A stretch of DNA of 64,000 bases, taken from assembly GCA_043228905.1 (NCBI GenBank), contig JBHGNT010000003.1, positions 1,674,001 through 1,738,000 on the forward strand. Reading direction: 5' to 3'. This document shows, one piece after another, positions 47,108 to 62,110 of the stretch. The DNA is from Azolla caroliniana. Lineage: Eukaryota; Plantae; Polypodiophyta. The position numbers and the translations under genes are program-made. The notes under the pieces are model-generated. The model was not told where the DNA came from. It was given only the letters and a program-made list of their open reading frames with translations, and searched no databases. Numbering within the stretch: the first letter of the stretch is position 1; each line of letters opens with the position of its first letter.

Positions 47108-48079
47108 GATCAGATCAGCGCTAATTAATAAGTCTTTTGTCTGTTCTTGTCTCTGTATCTGGATAGAGCAGAATCGGTCAAAGTTAGGGTTGGACAGGTG
47201 TAAGACAGCTACCGTATAGAAGTTTAAATTGTTGGTATGGGAAGATATGGCAGAATGCACAAGTGTGGGTTTGACAACGTGAGGATGATAGAACAGTTTC
47301 GGTAAAAGTAGTATTTCTTTGTATATGTAGATATGGCAGCATCAATTAAGAGTGGAAGACAAACTTCTATGTGAGGACTGTATTTTGTCAGTCTGTGTGT
47401 GTGGGACAAGCAGAATGGATTAGGGTTTAGGTTACACAGGTCAGGAAAAAGACAGGTTCAGTGTAATGACTGTTTTTTTGCCTGTGTAGATATGGCAGAA
47501 TAGATTCGGGTCAGGGTTTACGAGAGGGGAAGAAAGACAGCATACCTGCAAATAAAGTCTTGTTTTTCTGTGGAGATATGGTGACTGGTGAAGGGTTAGG
47601 GTTTTACAGGTGAAGGATAATGTCAGATTCTGTGCAAAGTCACTACTTTGAGAGTGTCTCTGTAGATAAGGCAGAAGAGATTAGGGCGATGGCTTGACAT
47701 GTGAGAGAGAAAGATCACCTCCTGTGCACACACTAGAAATGGCAGAACATAATAGGGTTAACAGATATGGGTGAGAGAAAAACAAAGATACGATCAGGAA
47801 AAGAAAATCTGGTTAGGATTAAGGGCTAGGGCTAGGGCTAGTTCGAGGGACTACTGTAATCGATGTCGGTGACTGTATTTTATCCTTAATCCCACCATCG
47901 CTAACCTCTGTGAAGAGGTTTTCCTCACAAAACTGTTCGTGGAAATGGCTATGGAAGCACCGAATATTAATCACAAAGCAGCGAAAGCTTCACGATCATT
48001 TCCTCCATGGCAAGATCAATACAGACGATAATGATGAATTTAATGTAGCCATTAAACTTTGATCAAAAGCCCCTTCCAC

Positions 48080-48710
48080 AATGATGATGATGATGATGAT
48101 GATGGACAGCTAATTCCCTGCACCATGGCCATCAAACATTGATAATGAAAAACCCCTTTGATGATGATCATGATCATGATCATGAATGATGAATGATGAT
48201 GATGACATTAAACCTTGATATCCCAAATCCTCTTCAATGATAATTCTCCACCTGCACCTTCCATGGCTACCTTGGTTAGGACCAAAATCCTCTCCGATGG
48301 CGATAATGATGATGATTCTTCACCTGCAGATTCCATGGTTTCCTTCCTTCAACATTAATCCTATGTTTCGTCTTCTTCCTTCTTCTTTTCCCTTTCTTCT
48401 TCTCCCTTTTTTCCCCTTCTTAACACTGATCGTCTTCTACTGCTGTTCGTCTTCTGCTGCTGTTACGGTATGAGTACATAAACCCTATTTTCCATCTCTT
48501 TTTAGTTTCTGCCATTTTCCTTCTGATTAAATCAATATATATGCTCATGGTAATAATGATAAATGTAATATTCATAAATATATATTTACATATATATATT
48601 TCCAGCTCTAAAGCCATATTCATCCATCTCTGCAGATGGTCAACATCAGTATATCAAAGGCTTTCGTGAAGCTTTTACCTGTCCCCACCATGGATATTAA
48701 CTAATGAAAA

Positions 48711-48792
<82 letters not shown>

Positions 48793-50420
48793 ACACGCTA
48801 AAGCTTTCTTTATCTGGCCTGTTTGTTTGAAATGCCAAAGAACCCTAATATAGGAGGAAGACGAGGCTCTTTCCCTTCTGCAACAGCTATGGAAAAAGAG
48901 GCTTTGCTTCTGCACAGATCTGTCCTTGCCAATTGTGTCAGAGAAAGCAAAAGCATTTATGGAATAAATTTTCCAAGCCAAATGTATAGTGCAAGTATAT
49001 ATGGCTATGGCTACGGCTATGGCTATGGCGATATGGCTATGGCGATGGTGATGATAGCTAGGGAGGGCGAGCGATGGAGCAGAAAAGGAAATCAGCTATA
49101 TATGTACATAATGTATGTGTTTAAACTTTATATACATATGTAAAATACCTAGTGTACGCCATAGCCAAAAAAGCTTGCTGTGTGTAGACACCATAGATAG
49201 CCATAGCCATAGCCATACATATACATATTATATATATATTATACACATTTGATTCATTCATATAAAATATGTGTCTATATATATATATGTATATGTATAT
49301 TATACCTTTGTACGCCATAGCCAAAGAGCTTGTAAAGACTGTACTGGAGAATTCAAAAAAGTTTTGCAAAGGAAACACACTGTACAGGTCAAAGGAACCC
49401 AAGACTCGAAGATTTGAATGGCACTACTACTACTACTACTACTACTACTAATAATAATAATAATAATAATAATAGCAAGCAGCAGCAACAAAAATTTAAC
49501 ACACTATGGAAACAGACATCTCCTTTTGTCTTCAACTGATCAGTAAAAAAAAAACAAAAAAAAAACAAAACGAAATCAAATAAGAAAAGAGAAAGAGAGA
49601 GAGAAGGATCGAAACAGCAGACTAAACAAACCTTCAGTTACAAAATGGAAACGAAAGGAGAGAGAGAGAGAGAGAGAGAACACCATTATTAAGATTGTTA
49701 CTGTAAGAAAGATGGAGAGAGAGTTCTTCTCTCTTTTCTTTTCCTTTTTCCTTTTTCCTTTTTCCTTTTCCATTTCCATTCCTTTTACCTTTTCCATTTT
49801 CTTTTCCTTTTTCTCTTCTGCTGCGCGCTCTCTCTTCTCTCTCCGCCTGTGTGTCTGTTTGTATGTATGTAAATGTAATATAGTGTATGCGTCTGTCTGT
49901 CTTTTGTTTTCTTTGCCTTGATTTCCCTCCTCTGAATGACAGACAGAAGGAAAGCAAGCAGCAGAGAAACAATTGGATGAAGGAACGGATCGAAGAAAAA
50001 AGACGAAAGATTGAATGCCGACAAGACGAAAGATTGAATGAATGAATGAAATGAAGCCAGAAAAGAAAAAGAAAAAGAAAGAAAGAAAGAAAGAGAGATG
50101 AAATGAGCTGGATGATGTTGGGATCAGCGAAGATTGTCTTTCTCTCTGCTCTTTCTCTGCTCTTTCTCTCTTTCTCTCTCTCTCTCTCTGCTCTCTGTCA
50201 CTCTCTCTGTCTGTCTGTGTCTGAAGAAACAGTGGAGAAAGGTCGCTGTCCGTGTCTGTGTGTGTGTGTGTGTGTGTCAGGATCTCTTCAGCTTTGGAGA
50301 ATGGCGAGCTTTAATGGCGAAGCTTTGACTGAGAAAGAAGACGAAGAAGAAGACGAAGACGAAGACGAAGAAGAACTAAAAAGAGTTTCTTCATTCATTC
50401 ATTCATTCTTCTCTTTTCAC
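48080..50420. repeat. Microsatellite-rich region upstream of the AFB start codon ((GAT)n, (CT)n, (GGCTAT)n, (TAC)n(TAA)n, (GAAGAC)n)
   Basis: Read directly, e.g. (CT)n 48714-48788; likely 5' UTR, leader intron or promoter. Confidence 0.8.
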
Positions 50421-50483
50421 AAATTTTGTTAGGATTTCATTAGTGTGTTATGTGTGGGGGGGCCGGAGTCATTTTTACTTGGT

Positions 50484-50765
50484 ACAAACATGTGTGTGTC
50501 TCTCTGGACCCCACGGTAGGTAGCAGTAGTAGTGTCTTATGTCCGCCCGCCCATCGCCCTGCTTCTCTATGTCCGCGTGACAAACATGTGTGTGTCTCTC
50601 TGGACCCACCGCAGCAGTAGTGTCTTATGTCCGCCCGCCCATCACCCCGCTTCTCTATGTCTGCACGACAAAAACATGTGTGTGTCTATCTGTCTGGACC
50701 TGTGGTAGCAATAATGTCTTATGTCCGCTTGCCTGCCCATCATCCTGCTCTCTATGTCTGCGGCC
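50484..50765 (+). repeat. About 90-96-bp tandem repeat x3
   Basis: Units start AAACATGTGTGTGTCT near 50484, 50580 and 50670. Confidence 0.9.
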
Positions 50766-53359
50766 TGCCGGCCCACCTGACCCACTTAACTCTCTCTCTC
50801 TCTTACTCTACCTCTGCCTAGTCTGAAACTCTTCGGCAATCCGGACACTGTCTTCGGGGGGGGGAGGACGGTCAGGTCAAAGGGACCATAAACGTCCGCC
50901 CAAATTCCCTGGCAATCCACCCTTCAAAAACCATGTTCCTCATATACGTATGCATAATGTTGAACGATTGACCAAAGAAAGCGCTCACTAACTTTGAATG
51001 CCACATAGACATACATACATACACACCCACACATCACAATACTTGCTACTGGCCGTAGAGATTAGTTGTTGGAAATTAAATGCAGAGTCTCAGGTGTTTT
51101 TTGTGGAAGAGGACGCACCACGTGGCTAAGACTCTCTCTCTCTCTCATGTGATGGCGATGATGACCACAACTTGGGTGCATACCATGAAGGCTTCACGAG
51201 GAAACGTTGGACAGGAAGTATGGCTTCGATGTTGTTCCACAACGATAAAGCTGGGACCAAAAGGTGAGGCCTTTGGGTTGATGTAACTTTGGATGCACAC
51301 ATGTACATGCATGCACTCGCAGGAAATTAAAGGATTGTCCTTCATAGTACGTGGTCAATACTCCACATGTAAAGACGTGGATCAATTCTTCTACACATGC
51401 CAACCCATTATCTCCACATGGCCATCGGGGCCAATGGGGAAAATTCGATTAATGAAAGGTCTTAAATTTTAATACCCGTGCCGATTGGCATCCACAAAAG
51501 TTGGATGTTTAGGCGACCACTTGCTTGAATCCGAAGGCTTAGCATGGGATTCGATGCTTCATACGTTTGGATCATCAAATTGTACCACATCGCTTTCACG
51601 CTTTTACATGTCCTCTTCTTGTGAGCATTAAACGGATTCGATCGCAATTGCCAATAATATGAAAAAAGGTGATCTTAGGCTTTGGTAATAAATAAATAAA
51701 ACCATTACTTCGAACATAACGAAACCTCGTTTACAAGCTCAACAACAATGAATAATGAAATTCTACTTGTTTATATTTGGTGCCAATATATTGAATATAC
51801 ATACTCCTATTCCTTGGGGTATGACCTTGCACTATTAACACAAGAGATATTTTGAATTCCATACACATGTGGTATTTATAGGCAAAGAGATGCTTTGTCT
51901 TAGATGTTGATTCATATTTTATACTACCAACATCTTCGTCATAAGCATTTCCTTCCTACAAGAACAGAGATGCAATGTGAATATCATGGCCAATGGACGT
52001 TTTTTGTAAACGACAATTATGTGAGGCAAGTCTATCATAAAACTGTAGGAAGCATTCCTTCACAACTTGCTTTATGGATATGTGTAACTAATTGTCGAAG
52101 TCATATATATTCTTGGTACAACTATAGGACCTTTGTCACAAGTTCAAGCTCTTCCCTTGAAACCAAATCGTTGGCATGGGTAGCACAAAGCACACTATGC
52201 GTATACCTATATGAACATGGTTGTTAAATTGTTCAAGTGTAAGGCCCATATTGATTGCTCGTGTTTACGGTCACATTATATGGTGCTCTAATCTAGAAAA
52301 TCTAAACTTTATCAGCTTGTTGGATAAATGCATCCAAAGATCTTACCCCCTTGGGATATTGTTCAAGTTTATTGGTTAAATGTGACAGTTGAAAATTGTA
52401 AACTATCGGTGTAAGGATGAAGGATGTGCATTTTGTCATCCGTTTATGTATGAACATGACTTATTTAAGCAATAATATGCTATTTATGACAACCTTGCTA
52501 TCAACAAAACAAGCCTTCTTTAATAAATAATGGGATGTTTCATCAACAAATTTCACGATAATTTTGTCGTTCATTCTAGGTTTATTGCACCTTGGTTTAT
52601 GGTAATGTAGTTGGAAAAACTTATATTCTAAAGTTCTCGGCCAACAAAATTCTCATGGTCATGGATATTATGTGGTGATGTCTAATGGCTATTGGCATGA
52701 TGCATTGTGGGCTAGAGTAATATCATGTTCGTGGTTAACCCTTGACAAGATAAATTTCATGTCACATGCATTGGACAAAGCATAAAATTGTCCACATTTT
52801 TTAAACATCATCCTTGATGGTACGTTATGAGTACTAGCATAGGGCATGTTAATAAGAGTTTCACGTAATGTAGGGGGTAAATTGGGGTTTTGGTGGGTCT
52901 TGGGGGAAGGGTCAGAGTAATCTTTAAAATTTAGAGACCTTGGGAGGTGAAAGAGAATGCCAAGAACTTCTTCTCCCAATTCATTCCCAATTATTGTGAC
53001 AATTTGTCATTTGATGCTTAAAATTGACCATTTTGAATGTTATTGTTGAACTTTGTATGTGACCCTTCAACTTATGGATTTGAATGTTATGGCTTTTAGT
53101 AATGTTACTCTCACTTCTCTGACACTTTCATGTGCAACAACTTGTCGTGGCTCCCAATAGAATTATCATATTAGGCTCAATTTTAATAGTTCTATTTTTT
53201 ACTGTTATGGCTATTGGCATAAGACATTGTGTAGTTGCTTTAATGTAGACCAACTCACTTTTACTACAACTTTATGGTTGTTGGCAAAAGGCCAAAGCCC
53301 CAATTTATTGTGATGTGAGGATTTCGATCAATATATTGGTTCATGTTAATGTAGAAGGT

Positions 53360-53443
53360 AATGTTATGGTTTACATTAACCTCAAGCAAATGTTACGGTT
53401 TACATTAACCTCAAGCAAATGTTATGGTTCACATTAACATCAA
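53360..53443 (+). repeat. 29-bp tandem repeat x3
   Basis: AATGTTATGGTTTACATTAACCTCAAGCA units. Confidence 0.85.
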
Positions 53444-56400
53444 ATGTAGGGTATACACCAAGGTTTAAGATATAAAATGTTTTGATAGTTTGTATTATGG
53501 ATTTGGCATTAGGCAACTTATGTATGCTGGCCCAGTTTGAGTTTTAGGTAATATTAGGGTTAGTGGTAATAGTTTTAGGGTAGCAAAGTCTAGTGTAATA
53601 TTAGAGTTTATAGTAATGCTCAAGATTATATTGGTGTAATCAAATATACTTCAACTATCAACCATGACAATTTATGCTTGTTTATTTTATAATAATTGTG
53701 CTACGTGTACCTTAGAGTCGAACAAATTTATGGAAAAAGCTTGTGCTTATCAATAAATCTTATCAATGACGCTACATGATATTAGCACCGAAAGTTCCTA
53801 ATTTTGCTTCTAGCACAAGAATCATGGAGTGGATCAACAGAAAACAATCGTGCTTATCTATAGATTTACAAATACGATTCATTTAATGATATTACTTCTT
53901 GTCAATTTTGATTTTGTCCCCCTGATATTACTCTTGAGCGGCATTATGGAAATGGCCCATGACTTTATTAATCCTAAAGACACTTCGAAAACTTGATTGC
54001 AAGCATAATAATGGAGATTTATTAAATATGTCGATTATTTTATAACAAATTTACTTGCTTGACCAAAATATGGGCAAACGATCACATGAAAAATAGCATA
54101 TAAGTAGATAATTAAGCCTTGAATATCCATATGTTCAGAGGTCATGAAACTTAGTTTATTAGAACTTTTGTAAGCAGCACTAAACGTATGAGAAAGGAGC
54201 TAAAAAACGGGTTTTATAATTTGGTGTGGGTTAGGTTTTGTTAATTATGACATAAAAACTTAATTTGCCAACTTTTTTGGCAATCCAAAGCTTGATTCAC
54301 TAATTACATGCTTCTACTCAACCTAAATCAATACCCTACGATCATTGTTACTTCTGTTATTTGTGCTAACTTCATGCGATTAGGAGACTATAATTTGACC
54401 AAATTCCCCAATAAAAAGTAATGTGTCTTCAATCAAAATCTCATCTCGAGCCAAGTTGTTTACGTATCTTGGGAGACATATGCAATATTGACACATAAAT
54501 CTATAAGGAATCGAAGACCTTGCAGAAGACACTTTCTAGGCGGATACAAATATGGATTGTGACATGAATTTGATCAACTTTTGACATAAAATTTATGGAA
54601 ATCTTGGTCGCTGAAAGTGCACGATTTAATATTTTTGAATGGAATATTGCTCGGATGATGACATAAATAAGCAAGACATGCTTCAAGACTACAACTATCA
54701 GGAACTTGGAGGGCGGAGTGTCGCTCATAAAGGCGTAACCAGAGCACTTTAGTTCAACCTTTTTAGATAATATTTACGTCGAAAAACAAAGGGTGCCATT
54801 TCACTTAATGAATAGGAACTCAATGCCTTTTATTCATGAACAGACTTGTATACGGGATCTTTTTAATAGGGGGTGAAGGGCTACGATTTAATTTTGTTTG
54901 AACATATGAACTGCAAAATTTAATTAATATTGGATGGAGTTCTTAAGTTGATGATGCGGCACGCCTTGCCAAGACTATTGTAGAACCTTGACTACAGTCT
55001 ACAAAGGTGTGACTCACATAAATATGTAACCATAAAATGTTTCTTGACATAAGTTGGGAGCTTTTAGACCCTTTTCATTGAATATTTACACAATATTCAA
55101 ATCGAATAAGAAATTGACACGTCTTACACAGAAAAAATCTATAGTATAATTAAGAGGTTTCTTAATAGACCTTGAGGTGTGGACACGTGATATACAAGGC
55201 TTATTGTCCATATATGTTGAATAATATGGAAAGAGATCATTTGATAGGCCAATGTTTGCCTAGATGAATGAAATCAATCTTATTTTATATGCAAATATTA
55301 AATTAAATGGAGATTTTCGATATTTGAAGCCATATAACATGCTAGAATATAAAATTCAGGCTTGATCTAATGTGTAGGTATAAATGATGACCTTACAAGG
55401 GAAAGAAAAAGTTGGTGAAGCATGCCAACTGTTTATGATTTGAATGTTGCATATATTAGTGTAAGAATATATTGAATGGTTGTGTTGCACGCGCATGCAA
55501 CTATCACAGTGAGGGTGCAACCAAGCTTATATACACATTTACGTCGATACTTATGTGGAATTTGTTCTTCTTAATCCATAATTGCTTTATTATTGAGTGT
55601 TTGTTAACATTAAAGGACAATCTTATGAGTTTTTCTCCCTTTCTTGATTATGTAAATGCCATTGTTCATCGATGATCTCAAACTAAAACATAAAACCCAT
55701 TTGTTTATATATTTGAGTTTGGAATTTCAAAAGGGTTGTCACATGCCTCAAGCTATAACCAATTATTTGTGGGGACATTTAAAGTCACTTATTAGTGTAT
55801 ACAATACGGGGGAAATTCTTTCACACTTTATTGTAGCACATACTTCACTTCTAAGCCCACAAGGGAAGAGAGTTTCATGAGTAAAGACAAAATTGTCTCT
55901 TTTGTATGGAATCTGGATAATGTCTACAATAGGGTTGATGAAGAAACCCCATATGTGATCATCGTTGCACTCCCCATGCAATGATTTATTTTCCTCAAAT
56001 CTAGTCATTTACTAGGTCATACAACCAATTAGTGTCAAATTGATAACAGGAAAAGCAAGTTTTATTAGTAATGATTCGGCATAAATTACGCACCTCATAT
56101 TCCTAGCCATTATGTATCTTCTTGATCCTTCTCAACCAACCATTCATGCCTTAAATATCACCTCTTCGAGCACTCGAGGTTCTTGTATGAAGTTGATTGG
56201 TGGGTAATAATCAAAACGTGTTTCTTTATTTACTTGTATTTTCTAACAGTTTAATGTGATTAAGCCCATGAATAATAATTTTAAATAAGATTAACATGTC
56301 TTGATTGTGTATGGGCACAAGAGTTGTTAAGCAAATCTTTGCTTTAATGATGATCACTAAACAAAGGAAGCTTAGGAGTGGTTTGACACATTACCTACTC

Positions 56401-58010
56401 GTGCCACCTATAATAAGGGCACATTTTGTTTCAAACTCATCTCACAAACTCTACATGGAGAGGAAACTTAGCCAAGGAAAATGTTTGTCTATAAAAAACT
56501 TCTAAGATCACCACCATTTTTTAGCATCACTACCAAGGATAGTAAACTAACACCCAATACTTTTCTAGAGAGTTATTTTTGTAAAGTCTCATGGAAAGGG
56601 TTGACGTTGTTGGAACATCAAAAGCTTGATGAGTCAATAGAATGTCTAGAACATCTAGATAATGCATTTAGGTTTTCAAGTGTGTAGGGTTAGACTATCA
56701 TACTGTATTTTTACTTCCTAAATTATTCTTTGAAGTTTTCACCGTAGTGATGAATATGAAAGATTCAATGACAAGCAACCCCAAACCCAAGTTAGAAAAG
56801 TCACACACAGTCCCTTTTTTGATACCTCACCAGGAATTGAAAGGTTGTCACTGCATGAGGCAAAACATAGAATCACAAGAGTATAGAACTTAAACTACTA
56901 TGGCAAGGTTAATAGGGAAGTCCCACAACAATTACTTACATGTATAGTATAAGTTATAACTACTCATAAGGGAAGTATATGTACTGGCCATAAAGTTGGA
57001 TTTAGAACACAAAGGTTTGGACCATATCCTAGCCAAACAAGGTTAACTTATTGTTGAGAGGTTACGACGTTGAACCCAAATCTCAAAATGATATGCTTGG
57101 GAGATGAACTATGCATTGGTATGTGGAACCTATAATCATGCTACACTATAAGGAAATCATCCTTGAAGAAACTCTTGAACAATTGGGATGAGTAAATGCC
57201 TTAGGAGCACCACGATTAAATTGATGGTATTAACTCACTCTCATGGTGGTAGTGAGATTTTTTGGCAAAAGTGGGGGATCCCTACCATGTTTGCAACAAA
57301 CATCAAACTCAAAATGACCAAAGGACAATAATCGGTCATCGATTCAAAATACCTCACATTCATGGTCACTCGCTATGTTGACCATGTAACATATTATTGC
57401 CAACTTGGCCAACCTTTAGTATGGGTAAGTTACCTAGCGATGGACTTTATTTATAATGATGTATTGTACATGCAAAAGGGTTATCAAATATTGTATTTAG
57501 GCATAAATGTAAAAGATACATGAGCAAGAAGGTAGTCCACTCATGGACAATTGGTTGATTATTATTATTTTTGAAGTTGGGTAGTTGGTTTCCAACCTCG
57601 AGAAATATTGGGAATAAAACGGTTGAAATCAAGCTCAACTCGTGTGAACACATGCTTATGTTTAAAAGAATGATTTGTGAAAATGTGTGTGTGAATAGAC
57701 CTTGTTGTAATTATTATGAACCATCTAGTTAAACAAAGAACTAAATTGTAGCATCTAGTTAGTTGTTAAGTGTGAATGTGATCAAATAATATTTTTGTTT
57801 ATACAAGACTTTGGTGGTAAATGAACAGACGGTTGATGTGGAAAACGAAGAACATTGTCCTCTATACCATAATGCTTTGCTTGAGTTTTACGTTGAATGT
57901 GGAAAATAGAGGATGCTTGGTCATTGTTCTTCAAATAGTGCATTCAAGATGTGGCCATCATTCATGATTGATTCAGTTGTTTCGAAAAATGGTTTTGGAT
58001 GGATTCTAAT

Positions 58011-58306
58011 TGTCATGATATGGCAAGACTCGAACCCATAACCTTATGTTACATGGGTCAAGCTCTTAACCATTAAACTATATGTTATAGAACAAATAAT
58101 ATTATTTTCATTTAAGTTTTACTATAGAAAATTGATATATATTCCATATTTCTCTAGAACATTCTAGAAACTTCAGGAGTACTCCTGAGAACACAATAAA
58201 AGGAGGCACAAGGCATTATTTCGAACCAAATCGGTTCAACACTAGTCTTAAGCCTCCTAGCTACTACTGTATATTCTCTTCACATAATATATATCTTTTG
58301 TTATCA

Positions 58307-58348
<42 letters not shown>

Positions 58349-60895
58349 TCTCTCAAGAGTTCTACACCTCTCTTAGTACTAATCCTCATCTTTTAGTACT
58401 AATTCCTTCTCTGTCTTGGTACTGTTCCTGATAGTTTGAACTGATTTATCACCTCTTTCCTCATCTTCCTTTTATCTTCTTACGTTTCCCTCCCTTCATA
58501 CTAATAACTTATTCCTCTTTCCTCTCATCCTATGGCCACTATTAGCGCTCAAGAATATCAATCTGTTTTCTCGGAGCTGCAATGCTTGAAAGAGAAGTTC
58601 CTTGCTTTGGAACAAGAAAATCATTGGTTGTTGGGGAATCTTCAACAAATTTCCTTAGAAAAGCAACAGATGCAACAACAACATGGGGAATTAGCGTTAC
58701 GTGTGCAACAACTCGAAGAAACCATAGTAGCAATGCAACAACAAGGACCAAGTACGCAAGGGATTCATAAAGAACCCAAGATCGACCTTCCCATGAAATT
58801 CGATGGAACGCGATCGCAATTTAGAGGATTCCTTAATTAGGTACGATTAGTCATTCAAATGCATCATTCCCGATATCCCACTGATGCATCACGAGTGGGT
58901 TTAATAGGCATGTTGTTAAGTGGCTCAGCTTTGGCATGGTTCACTCCGTTGTTAGAAAAGGAATCTCCTTTACTAAACAATTTTGAAGAGTTTTTAAGTG
59001 AGTTTAAAGCCTGTTTTGGAGATACTGACAACATAAGGACAACAATCAACAAAATCCGACGATTACGTCAAGGTGATCGTCCAGCCTCCGCATACGCTGC
59101 AAATTTCTGCCTACTTGCCTCAGATATCCCCTGGGATGACCAAGCACTAATGGAGCAATTTCATTATGGTCTACGTAACGACGTGAAGGATTTACTCTTG
59201 ACCTTCCCCGAAGAACCAAAGTCATTGATAGAAGCAATCACAGTCGCGCGGTGAGATGCGACAACCGTCTTTTTGAACGACGTTCGGAATGTCAGTTCCA
59301 AATGCCAAGGGCAAGATCAGAGCCCACCTACACCTCAATGGTAGCAAAACCTTTTCCAAGGGAGTCATATAATGCGCCTCCAGTGAATACTCCAACTCTG
59401 ATGGAAATTGACACTATACGTCGTCGTGGACCATTATCGGAAGAAGAAAAGCAACGATGTCGAGCAAATCGACTATGTCTTTATTGTGGTGGACCAGGAC
59501 ATATTGCAGTGAATTGTCCCCATAGGCCAAGAAGACAGGTAAACCAAATAGTTGCTAGTTCTAATTGTACTAAACCCGAGTCTATTTTAGTAGGAATATC
59601 TTATAGTCCTAATAGTACTAATAGCCCAAATTTGAAGTCCTTAGTCAATTAGAAGAAGAGTTAAACGACTAAGTCCATTCAAAATAGGAACCATTTGGTT
59701 GGACAACCCTAGATCTGTGCAGCCCATTAGTGGTTCCATTCCCTCTAAGCAAGTTAGCAATGTGTTCTTAGCCCAAGTAAAAGTTAGCACTAAAAGTACC
59801 TCTCCAGTACATGTCTCAACACTCCTAGATTCCAGAGCTAATTCTTGCGTCATGGATAGGAAATTTGCCCAAGCTCATCAGATATCCCTAAGAAAACTCT
59901 CATGTCCAGCCTCTGTAGTAGTCATTGATGGTCGTTCCATTGCTTCCAGAAATATCATAGAAGAGTAAGAGCCCGTTAATATTGTCCTAGATAATTTAGC
60001 GTGTGTAATATCATTTAATATAATTAGTATCCCAGAACATCCCATTGTTTTGGGATTACCATGGTTCGAATTACATAACCCAGACATAGATTGGAGAACA
60101 AGAGAAATCCGGTATCAACAAACCTGAGGATCTACTCATAAGATTGCAACCATTTTGCTACATCAGTTGCGTGAGGAAGGATGCAAGGAAGAAATGTTTC
60201 TCTTCGCAGTATCAGTAAAACCCTCTAACACCACTAAAGAGGAGTCCACCGTTCAACTTCTAGAGAAGTATCGTCATTATGCCGATGTGTTCGATAAAGT
60301 ACAAGCCACTACACTTCCTCACCATCGACCGTATGATTGCCCCATCGATTTACAACCGGGAAAAGAGCCACCATGGGGACCGATCTACAATTTGTCACCA
60401 ACCGAGCTAGAAGTCCCTCGAGCCTATATAGAGGAGAATTTGGCAAATGGTTTCATTCGACATTCGAAATCTCCAGCTGACGCACCCATTTTCTTCGTCA
60501 AGAAAAAGGATGGATCACTTCGTCTCGTCGTAGATTACCGTGGCTTGAATAAGGTCACCATCAGGAATAGGTATGCACTTCCCTTTATCTCAAGTCTTTT
60601 AGAACGGATCAATGGTGCAAGGTTCTTCACAAAGATCGACTTAAGAGAAGCATATAACCTCGTACGGATCCAACTAGGAGATGAATGGAAGACCGCGTTT
60701 CGCACCAGATATGGGCACTTCGAGTATACGGTCATGCCATTTGGCCTCACTAATGCGCCAATAGTCTTCCAGCACATGGCAAATGATATATTCCGAGATC
60801 TCTTGGATGTTTGTTTGATCATCTATTTGGATGATCTATTGGTTTATTCGAAGACCCAAGAAGAGCATGATTCTCATGTACTATTCGTACTAAAA
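58011..60895 (+). mobile_element. Truncated chromovirus E (same family as D): 5' LTR, gag, protease, partial RT
   Basis: LTR 58011-58433 homologous to the D LTRs; gag MATISAQEYQ; RT up to YLDD; several stops. Confidence 0.92.
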
Positions 60896-61200
60896 CTCAT
60901 ATGCATCCTCAACTCATACATTGATGTTGGTTCTGTATATTGTGGAAGGCTTCTTCATTCGTATATCCTAAAAGAGAGACTTGAAAGGGTTGATAAATAT
61001 GTACACTAAATGTGGTGGTATATTTGATGCATATAAAGTTTTTCAAGGATTAGATGACCCAAATGTGGTATATGGATATGTTGAATATGAACATGATGAG
61101 GAAGATTGATTTGCTTCGATCATATGCAAATTCATGGTATGTCTCAACTATTGAGGAAGTGCTCAATCAAGTCTATCAAATGAAGAATTGCCATTGTCTT
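60896..61200 (+). pseudogene. PLS-class pentatricopeptide repeat gene relic
   Basis: [16 protein letters not shown] and [18 protein letters not shown] in different frames match PPR L/S motif consensus. Confidence 0.7.
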
Positions 61201-61789
61201 GCACAAGACGGTCTGGGGAAGAATAGGCACTTCCTTTCCATCTATTTTGTATTTCTAGCTGATATGCTTTTTAAAACTAATGGAAGGATATGTTTTCTTG
61301 AAAAATAATAATAATTTCATACCCATAATTCGCTCACACAAGTCCACACACACCCACTCCCTTTTTTATAATTTCCCCATATTCCTATGACATTACCAAC
61401 AAATTTACATACATAATTTCACATACATTTACACACACACACACGCACGTGTGCAAGCATGTGCAGCACAAAAAAATGCACGTAATTTGACATGCTCAAT
61501 CGTGAATACACATACTTACACATACATAAAATTCATATACAAACAATTAAGAACATGCAAACATACATATATGCACTCAATCACTTACACATAAACACTT
61601 ATATATTAAAAATCACGCACATGCCATATTGTATGTTACAAAACAAACTACAAAATAATTTTTCCTAAGCATAGGGAAGGCACCGACAAGTGTATCAACA
61701 ATAATTAAGAAGGTGCATCTTAATTTCATCAGTTGCAATCCTTCCTCGACAAAGCCATCTTCCGGGTTTAAGTCCACAATGGTCCCCCT

Positions 61790-62110
61790 CAAGTAGCACA
61801 TAGACTAGTCAAGCCCTTCATCCTTGAGATTGATGCAAACGATTTTGCACTTGGAAGTGTGTTGTTACAGGTTGGAGACAATGACAAATTCCATCAAACT
61901 ACATTTTACCCACAAAAGTTTGTTGTTATAGCAATTAACTATGAGATTTATGACATAGCTTCTAGCCCTTATAGATTCTCTTAAGCAATGAGTCGTGCCG
62001 TCTCTTGGAGGGCTCTCACCATTAGATCATTGTCCATGATGCTCACAATAACCTTAGATATTTCCAACGCAATTGAATCTTGAGTTAGTGACAAGCTTGT
62101 TGGGGATAGT
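61790..62110 (+). pseudogene. Old Gypsy RNaseH fragment
   Basis: PFILEIDANDFALGSVLLQ and INYEIYD translated manually. Confidence 0.7.

Noticed and set aside
47108-47260. Longer AFB N-terminus from the ATG at 47260
   Set aside because: The extra 51 codons show no family similarity and look like UTR or intron sequence; ATG 47107 gives a typical length. Not fully excluded.
48237-50432. Short ORFs with RERE, YYYY or SSSS runs
   Set aside because: Translations of microsatellites.
53360-53443. CRISPR-like array
   Set aside because: The 29-bp units are directly adjacent without spacers, in a eukaryotic context.
51400-57950. Possible decayed DNA transposon or Helitron coding relics
   Set aside because: AT-rich with only faint motif hints; no termini, TSD or convincing domain could be supported by eye.
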